Notes: generated by a model not told the origin, from the letters alone. Shown: positions 29,301 to 37,610, counted from the stretch's first letter. The stretch is DNA of 64,000 bases from Calditrichia bacterium (GCA_050633245.1 JBOEGD010000005.1:1-64000); one strand, 5' to 3'. Translations and numbers: made by a program.

Positions 29301-31812
29301 CACCATCAGTAACTATTACCGTTCCATTCGGCAGAACCTGTCCACCGAAGTTTGAAGAAACGGTTATGCTATGCGTAATTTGCTGGAAGATGGCCTGTAT
29401 CGTGTGAGGTTGATCTACTGAAACAAACTCATAGACACTGACTGCTCCAATAGATGCGCCATCTACAAAAACGTCTTCAATTTCGAAGCCGATACTGGCG
29501 GCGATCTGGAAAACCTGATCCACGCCATGGTCAACGAAAACATTGCCTGCAGGGGAAATGGTGCCGCCGCTACCTGCTTGTGCCGAAATTGGATAGCTGT
29601 TCAGCTCAAAAGTTGCTTCGATGGTATGATTTGCTGTAACGTTCGTGAACTGGTAGCTGCTGACAGCACCAAGCGCCTGACCGTCTACGGTTACGTCTAA
29701 AATATGATAGCCGATATTTGGCGCGATGGTAAAAAGCTGATCACTTCCACCGATTGCGTTTACTGTTCCATTCGGTGAAATCGTACCGCCAGTTCCTGCA
29801 GTTGTGATAATCTGATACGTTTGTGGTTCGAAGGTTGCGGAAATTGTGTGGTTTGCATTAACTGCAGTAAACGTGTAACTGGTAACGGCTCCAACAGAGA
29901 CGTCATCGACTAAAACATCTTCAACCTGATAACCGCTGATCGGTGTTATGGTGTAAGCACGATCAAAGCCGAGATCTACTGTGACAACCCCATCTGGTGA
30001 AATACTGCCGTTTGGACCTGAAGAGGAAGTGATGTCATAGGTCGGCGCGGCGGGAGGATTGCCTGCTAGCAAAACTAAATTTCCGTTGCGATACTTGGGG
30101 TTTAGCCAAACACCGTTTCCGATATCCTGACCCGTAATTGTCTCAAAAGTGTCGGTGGCTGAAGGATAATTCATCACGACAAAGCTATCGCCAAATGCGG
30201 GCTGATATCCGTTTAGAAGATTGATGTTTAGCGTTCCGTCAAGTTTTGGAGAAGCCGTGAAGCTTGAATTGTCGAAATTTGCAAGACTTTCAATTTCTAG
30301 GTCATAAGATGCGGTTTGCTCGTTTTGCACTGAGCCATTAAAATTCAGAGAAGCGATGTCGTTTTCACCTGGATCAATCTTACCGCGATTGTCCAGAAAA
30401 CCACCAATGGTGATTTGTCCATTTCCTCGAAGGAGCCCGGTGGATTCATTAATCAATGAGCTTCCGTTAAGTGTCATATTTCGAGAGGATAAAACCTCCA
30501 GCGTTCCCTGATTAAGTAAGGAGCTGGCCAGTGTAAAGACGCGATTATAGTTTCCGTCGACGCGAATGGTTGCGCCTGCAGCGTTCACGATCTGTCCGTT
30601 GGTAACCGCCAGAGATGCGTTATGGTTATTGGTAGCATAGAGCTCGAGCAGGCCGTTGTTGGTAAAGCCATTTGCAAAGGTCATGGCGCTGGTGGATGTT
30701 CGTCCATCGACTCTGAATACCGACCCGGGCTGTGTGGTGAGGTTTCCATTCCAGTTGTTAAATTGAAATGTTCGAATGACTTCGATGACGCCGTCGTTAT
30801 TGATATCAGCATCGATGATGTTGTTGTAGCTGAATTCAAGCGTATCAGTATTGGTGACGGGTAGTGTTGCTGAAAGCGTGCTCTGCTGAAAGGTAAGCTT
30901 TCGCGTCGGCAGATTAGCTACAGTCGAGTTCAGTGTTGAACTAACAAATGCGAGGCTTCCGTTTCCGGTGACCGGTCCGCCATTGTAATTCATGGTAGCC
31001 GAGGAATAGGTTAGCAAGCGATCATCGGCAATGATGAGATTTCCGGTTTGCTCATGCGTTTTGTTGAATGTTGCAGAACGATTGACTTCAATGGTTCCCT
31101 GATTGTCGACAGATGCGTTGAGTGTAAAGACGCGATTGTAGTTTCCGTCGACGCGAATGGTTGCGCCTGCAGCGTTCACGATCTGTCCATTGGTAACTGC
31201 CAGAGATGCGTTATGGTTATTGGTAGCATAGAGCTCGAGCAGGCCGTTGTTGGTAAAGCCATTTGCAAAGGTCATGGCGCTGGTGGATGTTCGTCCATCG
31301 ACTCTGAATACCGACCCGGGCTGTGTGGTGAGGTTTCCATTCCAGTTGTTAAATTGAAATGTTCGAATGACTTCGATGACGCCGTCGTTATTGATATCAG
31401 CATCGATGATGTTGTTGTAGGAGAATTCCATGCGGCCGGTATTAGTCAACAATCCGCTACCGTTTATTTGACTTGTGGTAAGCAGAATTTGGCCGTTGGT
31501 GTTAACGCTACTGGCTCCATTTAAAGTTATGATTCGGCCGGTTGAGCTGAGCGTTTGCGTATCACTGCTACCGCCGATCTCCAAACTTGCTATGTCAACG
31601 TTAATATCGAGTGAAACGGTATAGGTGCCCACCGTAGTAATGTGAACATTATCTTCGGTAGTCGGCACGACTCCGGTATCCCAGTTATTTGCATTGCTCC
31701 AGTTTCCGCCTGCGGGATTATTCCAGTAGACGTCCTGAGCAAATGCAGATGTTCCCAGTAGAAAAGCACTGAGAATAAAAAATCTTAACATCCTCTGTAG
31801 CTGCATCATCAT
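23335..31812 (-). CDS. 2825-aa secreted surface protein: beta-helix-like N-terminus, about 6 InlB-B-like Ig repeats, four YCF48/BNR beta-propeller modules, ASH/choice-of-anchor D Ig domains, SdrD-B-like domain, C-terminal sorting domain
   Basis: Signal peptide; G.ISP.G...F.I.P..GY.I.DV.VDG...YTF.NV..NHTI.A.F repeats; T.DGG.TW Asp-boxes; LGQNYPNPFNPTT...RKMLL end. Confidence 0.85.
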   Translation of the reverse strand: MMMQLQRMLRFFILSAFLLGTSAFAQDVYWNNPAGGNWSNANNWDTGVVPTTEDNVHITTVGTYTVSLDINVDIASLEIGGSSDTQTLSSTGRIITLNGASSVNTNGQILLTTSQINGSGLLTNTGRMEFSYNNIIDADINNDGVIEVIRTFQFNNWNGNLTTQPGSVFRVDGRTSTSAMTFANGFTNNGLLELYATNNHNASLAVTNGQIVNAAGATIRVDGNYNRVFTLNASVDNQGTIEVNRSATFNKTHEQTGNLIIADDRLLTYSSATMNYNGGPVTGNGSLAFVSSTLNSTVANLPTRKLTFQQSTLSATLPVTNTDTLEFSYNNIIDADINNDGVIEVIRTFQFNNWNGNLTTQPGSVFRVDGRTSTSAMTFANGFTNNGLLELYATNNHNASLAVTNGQIVNAAGATIRVDGNYNRVFTLASSLLNQGTLEVLSSRNMTLNGSSLINESTGLLRGNGQITIGGFLDNRGKIDPGENDIASLNFNGSVQNEQTASYDLEIESLANFDNSSFTASPKLDGTLNINLLNGYQPAFGDSFVVMNYPSATDTFETITGQDIGNGVWLNPKYRNGNLVLLAGNPPAAPTYDITSSSGPNGSISPDGVVTVDLGFDRAYTITPISGYQVEDVLVDDVSVGAVTSYTFTAVNANHTISATFEPQTYQIITTAGTGGTISPNGTVNAIGGSDQLFTIAPNIGYHILDVTVDGQALGAVSSYQFTNVTANHTIEATFELNSYPISAQAGSGGTISPAGNVFVDHGVDQVFQIAASIGFEIEDVFVDGASIGAVSVYEFVSVDQPHTIQAIFQQITHSITVSSNFGGQVLPNGTVIVTDGADQTFQFIPDPGYAVDWVEVDGNNLATQSEYTFSNVTEDHAIQVEFYQLSFSINASAGANGVITPNGNLTVPGGENRTFDITPDTGFNIEDVVVDGVSLGPLSSYTFGNIAANHTITASFIATSYPLVSSAGNGGSISPSGLLSVAVGGDAFYTITPDVDYNIGEVYVDGQPIGPVGDYLFDNVNAPHSIAAFFAPENFNYTGINTGSTDSLTGVVFTDSLNGYIVGENGLLLITIDGGSSWTTGNIGISDDLTSITVINDTLFVTGANGHICYSVDGGLTWLPTITNTSETFYSASFTSGTSGYAVSAGGIYYWNGVSWIPQNLGINTTFYGIYTVGPYAYAVGVNGICYYWNGVSWGPINIGATGSLYGAYFLNVNYGYIVGSGGIIYRTINGGGSWTTINTGVNLTIYNIHIVDDNNAWAVCEGGVILQTIDGGTTWEVITTGAPGSLAGITFINGTGYVVGAGGTGFTFESNTVQQDPIFAISDTNISFDEIAVGYSSSNSVTVYNNGYGVLTLSVSSDNAEFSFNPTATSIAAGDSLSFQIIFSPLSAGGKSGNITFSHNAVSSPDIVTVSGSATESGLTITPISIGSSQNLTGVAFVNATLGYAVGSGGVLFITYDGGGTWTAINTGTVENLTGVSVIGDVVFITGANGLICASYDGGLTWTPFVTNTTANFYASSFVNPYYGFAVGSGGVICIYNGTNWVAQSTGTSESFNSVYTYGQYAWAVGTNGIICKYVNGFWLPQTSGTNVNFHDVAFWNASLGFAVGANGTICKTNDGGSTWTPLNSGVTFDITGCKIFSPGVIWATCANGTLLQSLDSGLTWTIIPINNAPDLAGLDFSGCQGFIVGASGAAYQFSSTVCDLAINPPFVRQTTGFYQDITGCSFTDPLNGCITGIGGTVLVTSDGGLTWTFSNTGTNINLTGVQLIGNAAFITGLNGVICVSYDGGATWTPFTTNTNASFYASSFTNVSSGYAVGSAGTICYYNGASWSAQTTGLSTAFYGVFAYGNTAWAVGENGVICRYIGGSWTPQVTNTTVNFFDVAFLNSRFGYAVGANGTICRTNDGGITWEPLVSGTTQTLRGCKIISPRVAYCIGDDGLVLETTDCGDTWAEVALGYPLALEALDIVDGSGFVVGDLGEAFSFTNSAVSDIQLFALNSNNLDFASTAIGTSNVSLVRVINNGTALLDVSEISVDAAEFSLASASLAVAPGDSADLEITFTPSALGTTNGTVLFTHDASCEIDTVYLAGSGISLGYNGLATGTTTNLKGVSFIDPLNGCIVGANGTLRITTDGGDSWSDCNTGTTENLNAIKLIGNSSFIAGDNGLLCRSDNGGQSWLPFTTNTTANFYGVSFLNPGYGFAAGANGTICFYSGIGWSVQPTNTSITFYGIYAVGTTAYAVGENGTICRYNGGGWSPLTSGVNLTFYDCAFVSETFGYAVGENGTICRTRDGGITWEPLVSGTDETLRACKIVSPRVAYCSGDNGVILKTEDCGDTWEIVPVGSPVVLEGLEFIQGQGFTVGDLGEAFSFSQPELASYPVFELASSNIDFGTINTWTVVPDTIKIYNPGTSDLVINNISASSNYFLANPDSAVIPAGDSLCLEVVFCPGPAGDYSDKITFMHEGSCEVDTLYAFGSAGDIATGPGVISGTVFINNIGLPGVTVSLLDTSGLAYDSINYPPITTDADGSYLFSNVPADSYQVSIVTPLGYAVDRNPQETLVAAEDTSIVDFYLTEEVTGNHARPASYWKYQFSTYICSWGNPQETEQELNDYIDTVHERYTPHFNVFAEKTTFRKWRRLLKVGCRASTYKRARRQLAALVLNFASLKIGQYTVVTEDGRTAGDVLTYCSILLSDGNSSNDGLAKTLAKKVNTCRIIGSGIVPASNILYKDGEGLLWDFEALPETFALGQNYPNPFNPTTNISFDLPKAQFVTLAVYNVLGQQVATLVNEQTAAGSYTLQFDARNLASGIYIYRLQTEGFIKVRKMLLTR
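30530..31420. repeat. Near-identical 300-bp in-frame direct duplication (30530-30829 and 31121-31420)
   Basis: Offset 591 bp; only 3 mismatches seen by eye; identical about 100-aa peptide. Confidence 0.92.
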
Positions 31813-31854
31813 GATTCCCCTTTTATTGGTTGAATTGAAACTACCCTGACTATA

Positions 31855-31869
31855 TCAATTGCCGTGCCG
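31855..31869 (-). promoter_or_regulatory. Putative sigma-54 promoter for the giant secreted protein
   Basis: Minus strand CGGCAC-GGCAA-TTGA (GG-N10-GA versus consensus GG-N10-GC), about 45 nt before the ATG. Confidence 0.55.
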
Positions 31870-31945
31870 GAATCACTTCTTTGCTTCTTAAGTTGATTGA
31901 AATCAAATGTTTGTCTGTGTTTTTGAGGGTGGCTGAGCCGAAGCT

Positions 31946-31965
31946 CTGTCTGTTTTAGCAGACAG
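31946..31965. promoter_or_regulatory. Putative enhancer (UAS) palindrome CTGTCTG-N6-CAGACAG
   Basis: TGT-N12-ACA inverted repeat about 80-100 bp upstream of the sigma-54-like site. Confidence 0.45.
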
Positions 31966-32030
31966 CAAAAAGTATGTTGTCTGCGACAAAGGACAGGCAT
32001 GAAATTTGAAGGGTTGGAGATTTTGATAAT

Positions 32031-32100
32031 AAAAAACGGCAGCGAAGCAAATCTCGAGAGACTTTTAAATCTCTGTCGGAAAGGATTTGGCTGCTGCCGT
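32031..32100 (-). terminator. Long hairpin with U-tract (minus strand)
   Basis: ACGGCAGC...AAATC / GATTT...GCTGCCGT inverted repeat preceded by AAAAAA on plus. Confidence 0.55.
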
Positions 32101-32154
32101 CTGAAGTGTGATGTTTTTTATTTAGATTTCAAAATTAGTCGTGTTATTTCTAAA

Positions 32155-32281
32155 AAGACTGCTCCATTCTGACAATGCTCCAATGTGCTCTTTGAAAAAA
32201 CAATTCAAAATTTGGCTCTTTTTTTCTAAGTAAGTACGTACGTTCTAGCTCCCAAGACTGCTCCATTCTGACAATGCTCCA
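32155..32281. repeat. 28-bp perfect direct repeat AAGACTGCTCCATTCTGACAATGCTCCA x2
   Basis: Copies at 32155-32182 and 32254-32281 (period 99 bp); imperfect similarity extends about 16 bp further. Confidence 0.92.
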
Positions 32282-32352
32282 GTGTGGCCTTCGAAAAGTT
32301 ATTCAAAACCACCCCCGTATATTTCCTTAATATCCATGCTTTCGTAAAAAAT

Positions 32353-32568
32353 CTATTCATCATCAGACTTAACAGAACCAGATTCAGAACCCTGTGGCAT
32401 GTCTCCACCCTCGCAGAGAATGAGCTCGATACTAATTCGCTCACTGATCAGCCTGGCGGTTTGCCAATTTGTTGCAGTCATAATCTGATATCCCTCCCGG
32501 ACAAATAGTTCCCTTAGCTTGCGCAGGCGCTGCGAATCTTTATGCACAATCAGAACACGCTGTTTCAC
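32353..32568 (-). CDS. Truncated/atypical receiver-like peptide (71 aa)
   Basis: RVLIV...L..L..LF.REGY.I.TA......L......ELILC matches the N-half of a REC fold; AAGGAG RBS and GTG start; acidic pocket replaced (VHKD, LCE). Confidence 0.6.
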   Translation of the reverse strand: MKQRVLIVHKDSQRLRKLRELFVREGYQIMTATNWQTARLISERISIELILCEGGDMPQGSESGSVKSDDE

Positions 32569-32595
32569 TGAACAATCTCCTTTTTCTTCTTTATA

Positions 32596-32611
32596 AACAA
32601 TGATTGTGCCA
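32596..32611 (-). promoter_or_regulatory. Putative sigma-54 promoter
   Basis: Minus strand TGGCAC-AATCA-TTGT, about 30 nt before the GTG start. Confidence 0.6.
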
Positions 32612-32824
32612 GTTCAGTCAGGTGGCGTGGGACGCAAGGCAGATCTGTAGATGTAATTGCTCTTTCTCTTTTTAAGTATTTGTTCTTTATTGTTTTGTCT
32701 GGTTTTGGGGCAGGGCGTTCACCCGCCCAAAAAACTGGACGAGTAAATTCGGTACGAAGCTTAATAGGAGATGTTTGTCCGGGAAATCAGACGATTAAGC
32801 TGGGATTGTCTTTTTGGGAAGACA

Positions 32825-34564
32825 CTATTCGTTGTTCAAGTCCAATTCGTCGAGAAGCTTGTAGAGATACGTTCTATTTACGCCCAGAATGCGTGCGACT
32901 TCAGACCTTGATTTTGTCTGTAGCAGAACTCTTTTGATATGGTTTCTTCTAAACGCTTTCTCTGCTTCAGCCAATGTTCCATCTGATGGGAAAGAATCTT
33001 GAAGTGGGGCTCTTTCCAGAAGCTCTGGTGGCAAATCTGTGACGGCAATATTTTCACCTGCGGTTAAAACAACGCAGCGTTGCATCACGTTCTCGAGCTC
33101 GCGAATATTGCCTGGCCACTCGTACGTTTCCAATGCGGCGAGTGCTGCATCTGAAAGTGATAGTTGCTTGCTATCCATTGCGTGTTTTTTTAGAAAAAAC
33201 TCGGCTAATTCCCAAATATCGTCGCGGCGCTTGCGTAGCGGTGGAAGGGTTACTTCAATCACCTTCAAGCGATAATAGAGATCTTCGCGAAAGGTGCCTT
33301 CTGCAACGAGTGCTCCAAGGTTTTTGTTGGTCGCGGCAAGAATACGGATGTCAATCTTACGAGTTTTAATGCTGCCCAATCGCTCGACTTCTCTTTGCTG
33401 AAGCACGCGTAGTAGGCGCGTCTGTAGTGCGCTATCCATTTCACCAATCTCATCCAGAAATAGAGTACCGCCGTCTGCCATTTCTATCTTTCCGGGCTTG
33501 GCTTTCCGGGCACCGGTAAAAGCACCCTGATCGTAGCCGAAAAGCTCGGACTCGAGTAGATCCTTGGGAATAGCTCCGCAATTAATGGCAACAAATCGAC
33601 CGTCGGCCCGAGGGCTGTTTTGATGAATAGCCTGTGCAAAAAGCTCTTTTCCTGTTCCACTTTCCCCAAGGATTAATAAAGATGCCTCGGTTGGAGCAAT
33701 ACGCGAACCAAGACGTAGCAGCTCAAAAAGCACTCTGCTCGATCCAATAATCTCTTCACTCTTAAACTGTCCGCGGAGCTGTTCCAGGGTAAGCGTCGCA
33801 TCGGAGATAAGCTTCTTTTCCAATGCAGAGATTTCTTGCGAGACTTTCAAGCCCCGGCTTATCTGTTGTGCGAAGGATAGTAGGAAAGCTTGATCGGCTT
33901 GCGTAAACGGATTGTTTTTGTTCCGCCTATCTAAATAAACTGCGCCCAAGGTTTTAGAATTCAGCAAGAGTGGTGCGCAGAGAACAGCTTGTATATCCAG
34001 GTGCATAATGCTGTTTTGAGTTGCCAGCGATATATCGTTATGTGTATCATCGACGTGAATTGTTTGCGAATGTTGAGTGGACTGGCGAATGACCGTCATA
34101 CTCATATCGCGAGCGGCCTCGGATTCGGATTCGTCCATGTTTAGGCCAAAGGCATCCTGAAAAGCACCATCCTCGGTTGTTAAAACAATGTAGCCGGCGT
34201 CTGCCTGAAGCTCACGAGTTACGACTTCTATGGCCTTTTGAAGCAACGTGCTACGTTCGGTCTCACTCGAAAATAAGATTCCGGAAGCATAAAGTGTTTC
34301 AAGGCGTTTGTTTTCCGCTTTTAGTGCCTGAAGCTGCTGGCTATCGTTACCTTCAGAAAGTGCCAGCTGTTTTATACTTATATTAATATTGCGGTTTAGG
34401 CTTAAGACATCACTGTATAGCTCCTCAATTTGCTTTGCCGATTTTGCTGCCTGCTCTTCCTTAGCGCTATTTAAAAGGTCGGCAAAGCGAGCCGTCAGCT
34501 CTTTGAAGGATGAATCAACCTGTTGTTCCAACTCGCTACGGATGTCTTGGAAGGATTTTGCCAT
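32825..34564 (-). CDS. Sigma-54-dependent enhancer-binding protein: coiled coil, GAF, AAA+, Fis HTH
   Basis: GESGTGKE, ESELFG, GAFTGA, LFLDEIGE, FREDLYYRL, WPGNIREL, ARILGVNR..LY; GAF LCAPL....LGAVYLD. Confidence 0.95.
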   Translation of the reverse strand: MAKSFQDIRSELEQQVDSSFKELTARFADLLNSAKEEQAAKSAKQIEELYSDVLSLNRNINISIKQLALSEGNDSQQLQALKAENKRLETLYASGILFSSETERSTLLQKAIEVVTRELQADAGYIVLTTEDGAFQDAFGLNMDESESEAARDMSMTVIRQSTQHSQTIHVDDTHNDISLATQNSIMHLDIQAVLCAPLLLNSKTLGAVYLDRRNKNNPFTQADQAFLLSFAQQISRGLKVSQEISALEKKLISDATLTLEQLRGQFKSEEIIGSSRVLFELLRLGSRIAPTEASLLILGESGTGKELFAQAIHQNSPRADGRFVAINCGAIPKDLLESELFGYDQGAFTGARKAKPGKIEMADGGTLFLDEIGEMDSALQTRLLRVLQQREVERLGSIKTRKIDIRILAATNKNLGALVAEGTFREDLYYRLKVIEVTLPPLRKRRDDIWELAEFFLKKHAMDSKQLSLSDAALAALETYEWPGNIRELENVMQRCVVLTAGENIAVTDLPPELLERAPLQDSFPSDGTLAEAEKAFRRNHIKRVLLQTKSRSEVARILGVNRTYLYKLLDELDLNNE

Positions 34565-34620
34565 AAGCTGTATTCCATTACGTTTTTAAAAGATACGGAC
34601 TGAGTTTTTGAAATCCAACG

Positions 34621-34656
34621 CCTTGTAGGACTGCCCAATCGTGCGGCTCTACAAGG
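34621..34656. repeat. GTAG...CTAC REP-like element overlapping the kinase stop codon
   Basis: CCTTGTAG-gactgcccaatcgtgcggct-CTACAAGG inverted ends. Confidence 0.6.
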
Positions 34657-36628
34657 CCTCTTCAACTTCAGCAATTGTCTGATAGCGATCATCAGGATTC
34701 TTCGCTAAACAACGCTCAATTATGGCGTCGAAAGATCCGGCGTCGTCATTGCGCAACAGAGATGCGGATGTTGGAGAATCATTGAAAATAGAATGCATAA
34801 TCGATATTTCATTATCCCCTCGAAAAGGCGACTGATTGGTCAGCAGCTCATAAAGGATGACGCCGAACGAGAAAATATCTGATCGACAGTCAATCTCGCG
34901 ATTGGTTATCTGTTCCGGTGCCGTATAACCAAGCGTGCCGATGATACCGCCGGATGATGTTTGGGTGCGAATTAAGGAAGACTTCGATAAACCAAAGTCC
35001 ATTACGCGAATAGAACCAGAACCATCAAGCATAATGTTTGCCGTTTTCAGATCGCGGTGAATAATATTGCGTCTGTGGATTTCCTTTAGTGCCGAGCAAA
35101 CTTGCAATACTATCTGACGAATTTGCGATAGCGATAGCGGGTGATTCTCCTTTAAGAAGTCGGCAAGTGTTCCACCGGACAAGTATTCCATGGCAATAAA
35201 CTTACGCCCAGCCGATTCTCCAACCTCAAATGCCCGCACAATATTAGGGTGATTGAAAGAGGACAAAATAAACCCCTCACTATTCAGTCGTCGTCTGTTT
35301 TCCTCATCTTCCAACAGTTCATTATGTAGGATTTTGATCGCTACTTCTTTATCAGAGTTTTTATCGGTAGCAAGAAAGACCTTCCCCATACCACCTTCGC
35401 CAAGCAGTTTCTCCAGCCGATAGTGGGAGATAACCTTTGCCTGCCGATCTGCTACATGCCTCCAATAAAGTCTTGATATAGCTGCAAGAATAAAACCGGA
35501 AAGCAAGGTGGTTGTTAACCCGGTTACCGGAACCCAGCTGCTTGTGATGGCAAAGTAGATGTAACAACTAATCCAGATTAGCAGCAATAGCAGCACTGTC
35601 AACAGTAAGCCGCGAGAAGGTCTGAGTAAAAGAGTGCCAAAGACGATCAGCAATGCGATTAGCAGGTAAAGCGCGTAGCTCCATAATTTACTGATATCTT
35701 CCAGATAATTGGTGTGCAGGAACATTAAAAATGAATTGGCATGAACTTCCACCCCCCGCATCAATCTTTCATCGAAAACCGCCGTTGCATAGGGTGTATA
35801 GAAGCGATCTTTTGCCGATTCAACACCTCCACCGATTAAGACCACTCGTTCGCGAAACAGTTCTTTCGGAAGCGGTGTCTTTCCGGTTAACAAGCTGCTG
35901 CGATAGGTTGGAATTGCGCCTTCTTCTGCCTGAATCCAGATGCCGGCAGATGTTCTTTCCCACTTACCCGGAGGACCGACATAGTTCAGCCTTAATTCAT
36001 TATGCATATCTGGCGGTCGAACCGAGCCTTTTCCTTTTCCTGAAAAATGCTGAGCCAGAATCAACCCAATTGCCGGAATGCTATCGCCAGAATCAATAAT
36101 CCATGGCTTGATACCTTTTACCCGACCGAACACACCGCCACCAACTTGTAGCATTGCATGTCCCATGTCATAGAGCTCATCAGCAAACAGTTTTGCGGGC
36201 TTTTGAATAACTGTCGTATCTTCACGGGTCTCTTCAAGACAGATTCCGACAACGTTGTCAGCTCGGCGGAGCGAAGTAGCCAGTAGACTATCACCGGCCG
36301 GATCGGGAACAAAGCGATTTAATAGCGAGATATCCAGCGCGATAACCGCCGCTTTGTATCCATTCAGGCTGTCAATAAGATTTGCGAGATAGCGTCGTGG
36401 AATCGGATCATAATAACCGTACGGGGCAATTGCCGCTTCGTCTACCAGGACAATTGCTGCTTCGTCTACTGATTTCTCCCCAGTGATGGTGCGGAGGGCA
36501 ATGAAGTAGTCCAGTGCTCTGTCGTCATAGCGGCGGGTTGTGTTGTTGGCAAGACTATATAGGCCAAAGAGAATAGCGAGGGCACTTAAAAGCAGGCCTG
36601 TGAGTAAGATTCTAGCCGGACGATTCAT
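34649..36628 (-). CDS. CHASE2 sensor plus transmembrane helices plus Hanks-type Ser/Thr protein kinase
   Basis: CHASE2 IVLVDE...PR..LA.LI..L...A.VI.LD, D.F.TP, M.GVE.HA; kinase GEGGMG.V, VAIK, HRDLK..N, DFG, GT..Y.APE, DIFSFG. Confidence 0.92.
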   Translation of the reverse strand: MNRPARILLTGLLLSALAILFGLYSLANNTTRRYDDRALDYFIALRTITGEKSVDEAAIVLVDEAAIAPYGYYDPIPRRYLANLIDSLNGYKAAVIALDISLLNRFVPDPAGDSLLATSLRRADNVVGICLEETREDTTVIQKPAKLFADELYDMGHAMLQVGGGVFGRVKGIKPWIIDSGDSIPAIGLILAQHFSGKGKGSVRPPDMHNELRLNYVGPPGKWERTSAGIWIQAEEGAIPTYRSSLLTGKTPLPKELFRERVVLIGGGVESAKDRFYTPYATAVFDERLMRGVEVHANSFLMFLHTNYLEDISKLWSYALYLLIALLIVFGTLLLRPSRGLLLTVLLLLLIWISCYIYFAITSSWVPVTGLTTTLLSGFILAAISRLYWRHVADRQAKVISHYRLEKLLGEGGMGKVFLATDKNSDKEVAIKILHNELLEDEENRRRLNSEGFILSSFNHPNIVRAFEVGESAGRKFIAMEYLSGGTLADFLKENHPLSLSQIRQIVLQVCSALKEIHRRNIIHRDLKTANIMLDGSGSIRVMDFGLSKSSLIRTQTSSGGIIGTLGYTAPEQITNREIDCRSDIFSFGVILYELLTNQSPFRGDNEISIMHSIFNDSPTSASLLRNDDAGSFDAIIERCLAKNPDDRYQTIAEVEEAL

Positions 36629-36636
36629 TTAATAAT

Positions 36637-37584
36637 TTAATCTTCTACAGACACTTTGGCAAACTCTCTGGCATTGAGTGCTGCCGCAGATTTATTTCCC
36701 AGTCTTGTGTTTAGCGTTTCGAGTATCGTATAAACGCCGGGCATTTCGGGATGAGAAACGGCTGCTTGTTGAGCATGATCGAGAGCTGAGTGAAACAAGT
36801 TATAGCGATAATACGCTGCGCTGAGCAAAAAATTAGTCGTCACAAGCTCTCCATTAGCAGGTTTTAGCGACTCGACTTCAAGAATATCCTGTTTTAGATT
36901 GGCGTGTTCTTCGTCTCCCATAATTGAAAAATATACCTTCGCCGATTGACGGCCACTGCTATCACTAATGAACCAGAGATATTGATCTTCTGAGTCTAGC
37001 TTAGGTGCGTTTGATGGATAGGCGAACCAGGTGCCATTAGCCTGTGTTGTGTAAAAAAAGTCACTTACTTCACTTTCTATCGTCAGCGTAAAGGAGCGGC
37101 CATGTATGGTATCAATCCAGCGGAATATCGGTCGAGATTCAAGGATCTTACTTCGCCTCGGGTAGACCGTCGATAGCGTTGTGTCCTCATCCGCAGTCTG
37201 CCAGCGAGTGGTTCCGGCCACAGATTTGGATTTCTCCTTTCCCCAAAGCAAATCGGACACGACTTTGCCGAGTCCGCTTGCCTGCGAATTCTTCTTGCTC
37301 TTTGAGCTGCGAATTTTATGGCTGCCGTTATTTCGCAACACGACTTCCTTCCCGGAATAATAAATAATAACGGCTTTGCCGCTACTCCCGGCCTTAATGT
37401 GATCTCCGTTTTTAAGCTTGCTGCTACTACGGGCTTTGCTCATTATGCCGCCAGATCTAATAGTTACATCGCCCTTGATGGATGAAAAAGCTGCGACGGA
37501 CTGCGCAGAAAGCTCGGCTGGTAATCCCAGAGCCAGGAGCATTATGAAGAATGTCTTGAGTTGTATTCTCATCTTGGATCTCAA
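36637..37584 (-). CDS. Exported FecR-like/DUF928-like protein with C-terminal TPR helices
   Basis: Signal peptide; S.KG.V.I...L..GD.I.....A.I.Y N-domain; Lys/Ser linker ending AGTTR; PR.SKI...RP.FRW...YP..AP.L...QY.W; helical C-terminus. Confidence 0.6.
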   Translation of the reverse strand: MRSKMRIQLKTFFIMLLALGLPAELSAQSVAAFSSIKGDVTIRSGGIMSKARSSSKLKNGDHIKAGSSGKAVIIYYSGKEVVLRNNGSHKIRSSKSKKNSQASGLGKVVSDLLWGKEKSKSVAGTTRWQTADEDTTLSTVYPRRSKILESRPIFRWIDTIHGRSFTLTIESEVSDFFYTTQANGTWFAYPSNAPKLDSEDQYLWFISDSSGRQSAKVYFSIMGDEEHANLKQDILEVESLKPANGELVTTNFLLSAAYYRYNLFHSALDHAQQAAVSHPEMPGVYTILETLNTRLGNKSAAALNAREFAKVSVED

Positions 37585-37610
37585 TTATTTCTTTTATTGA
37601 TAGAATGCCT

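Noticed and set aside
32155-32281. 28-bp direct repeat as a mini CRISPR array
   Set aside because: Only two copies, a 71-bp spacer, similarity extending beyond the repeat and no cas genes
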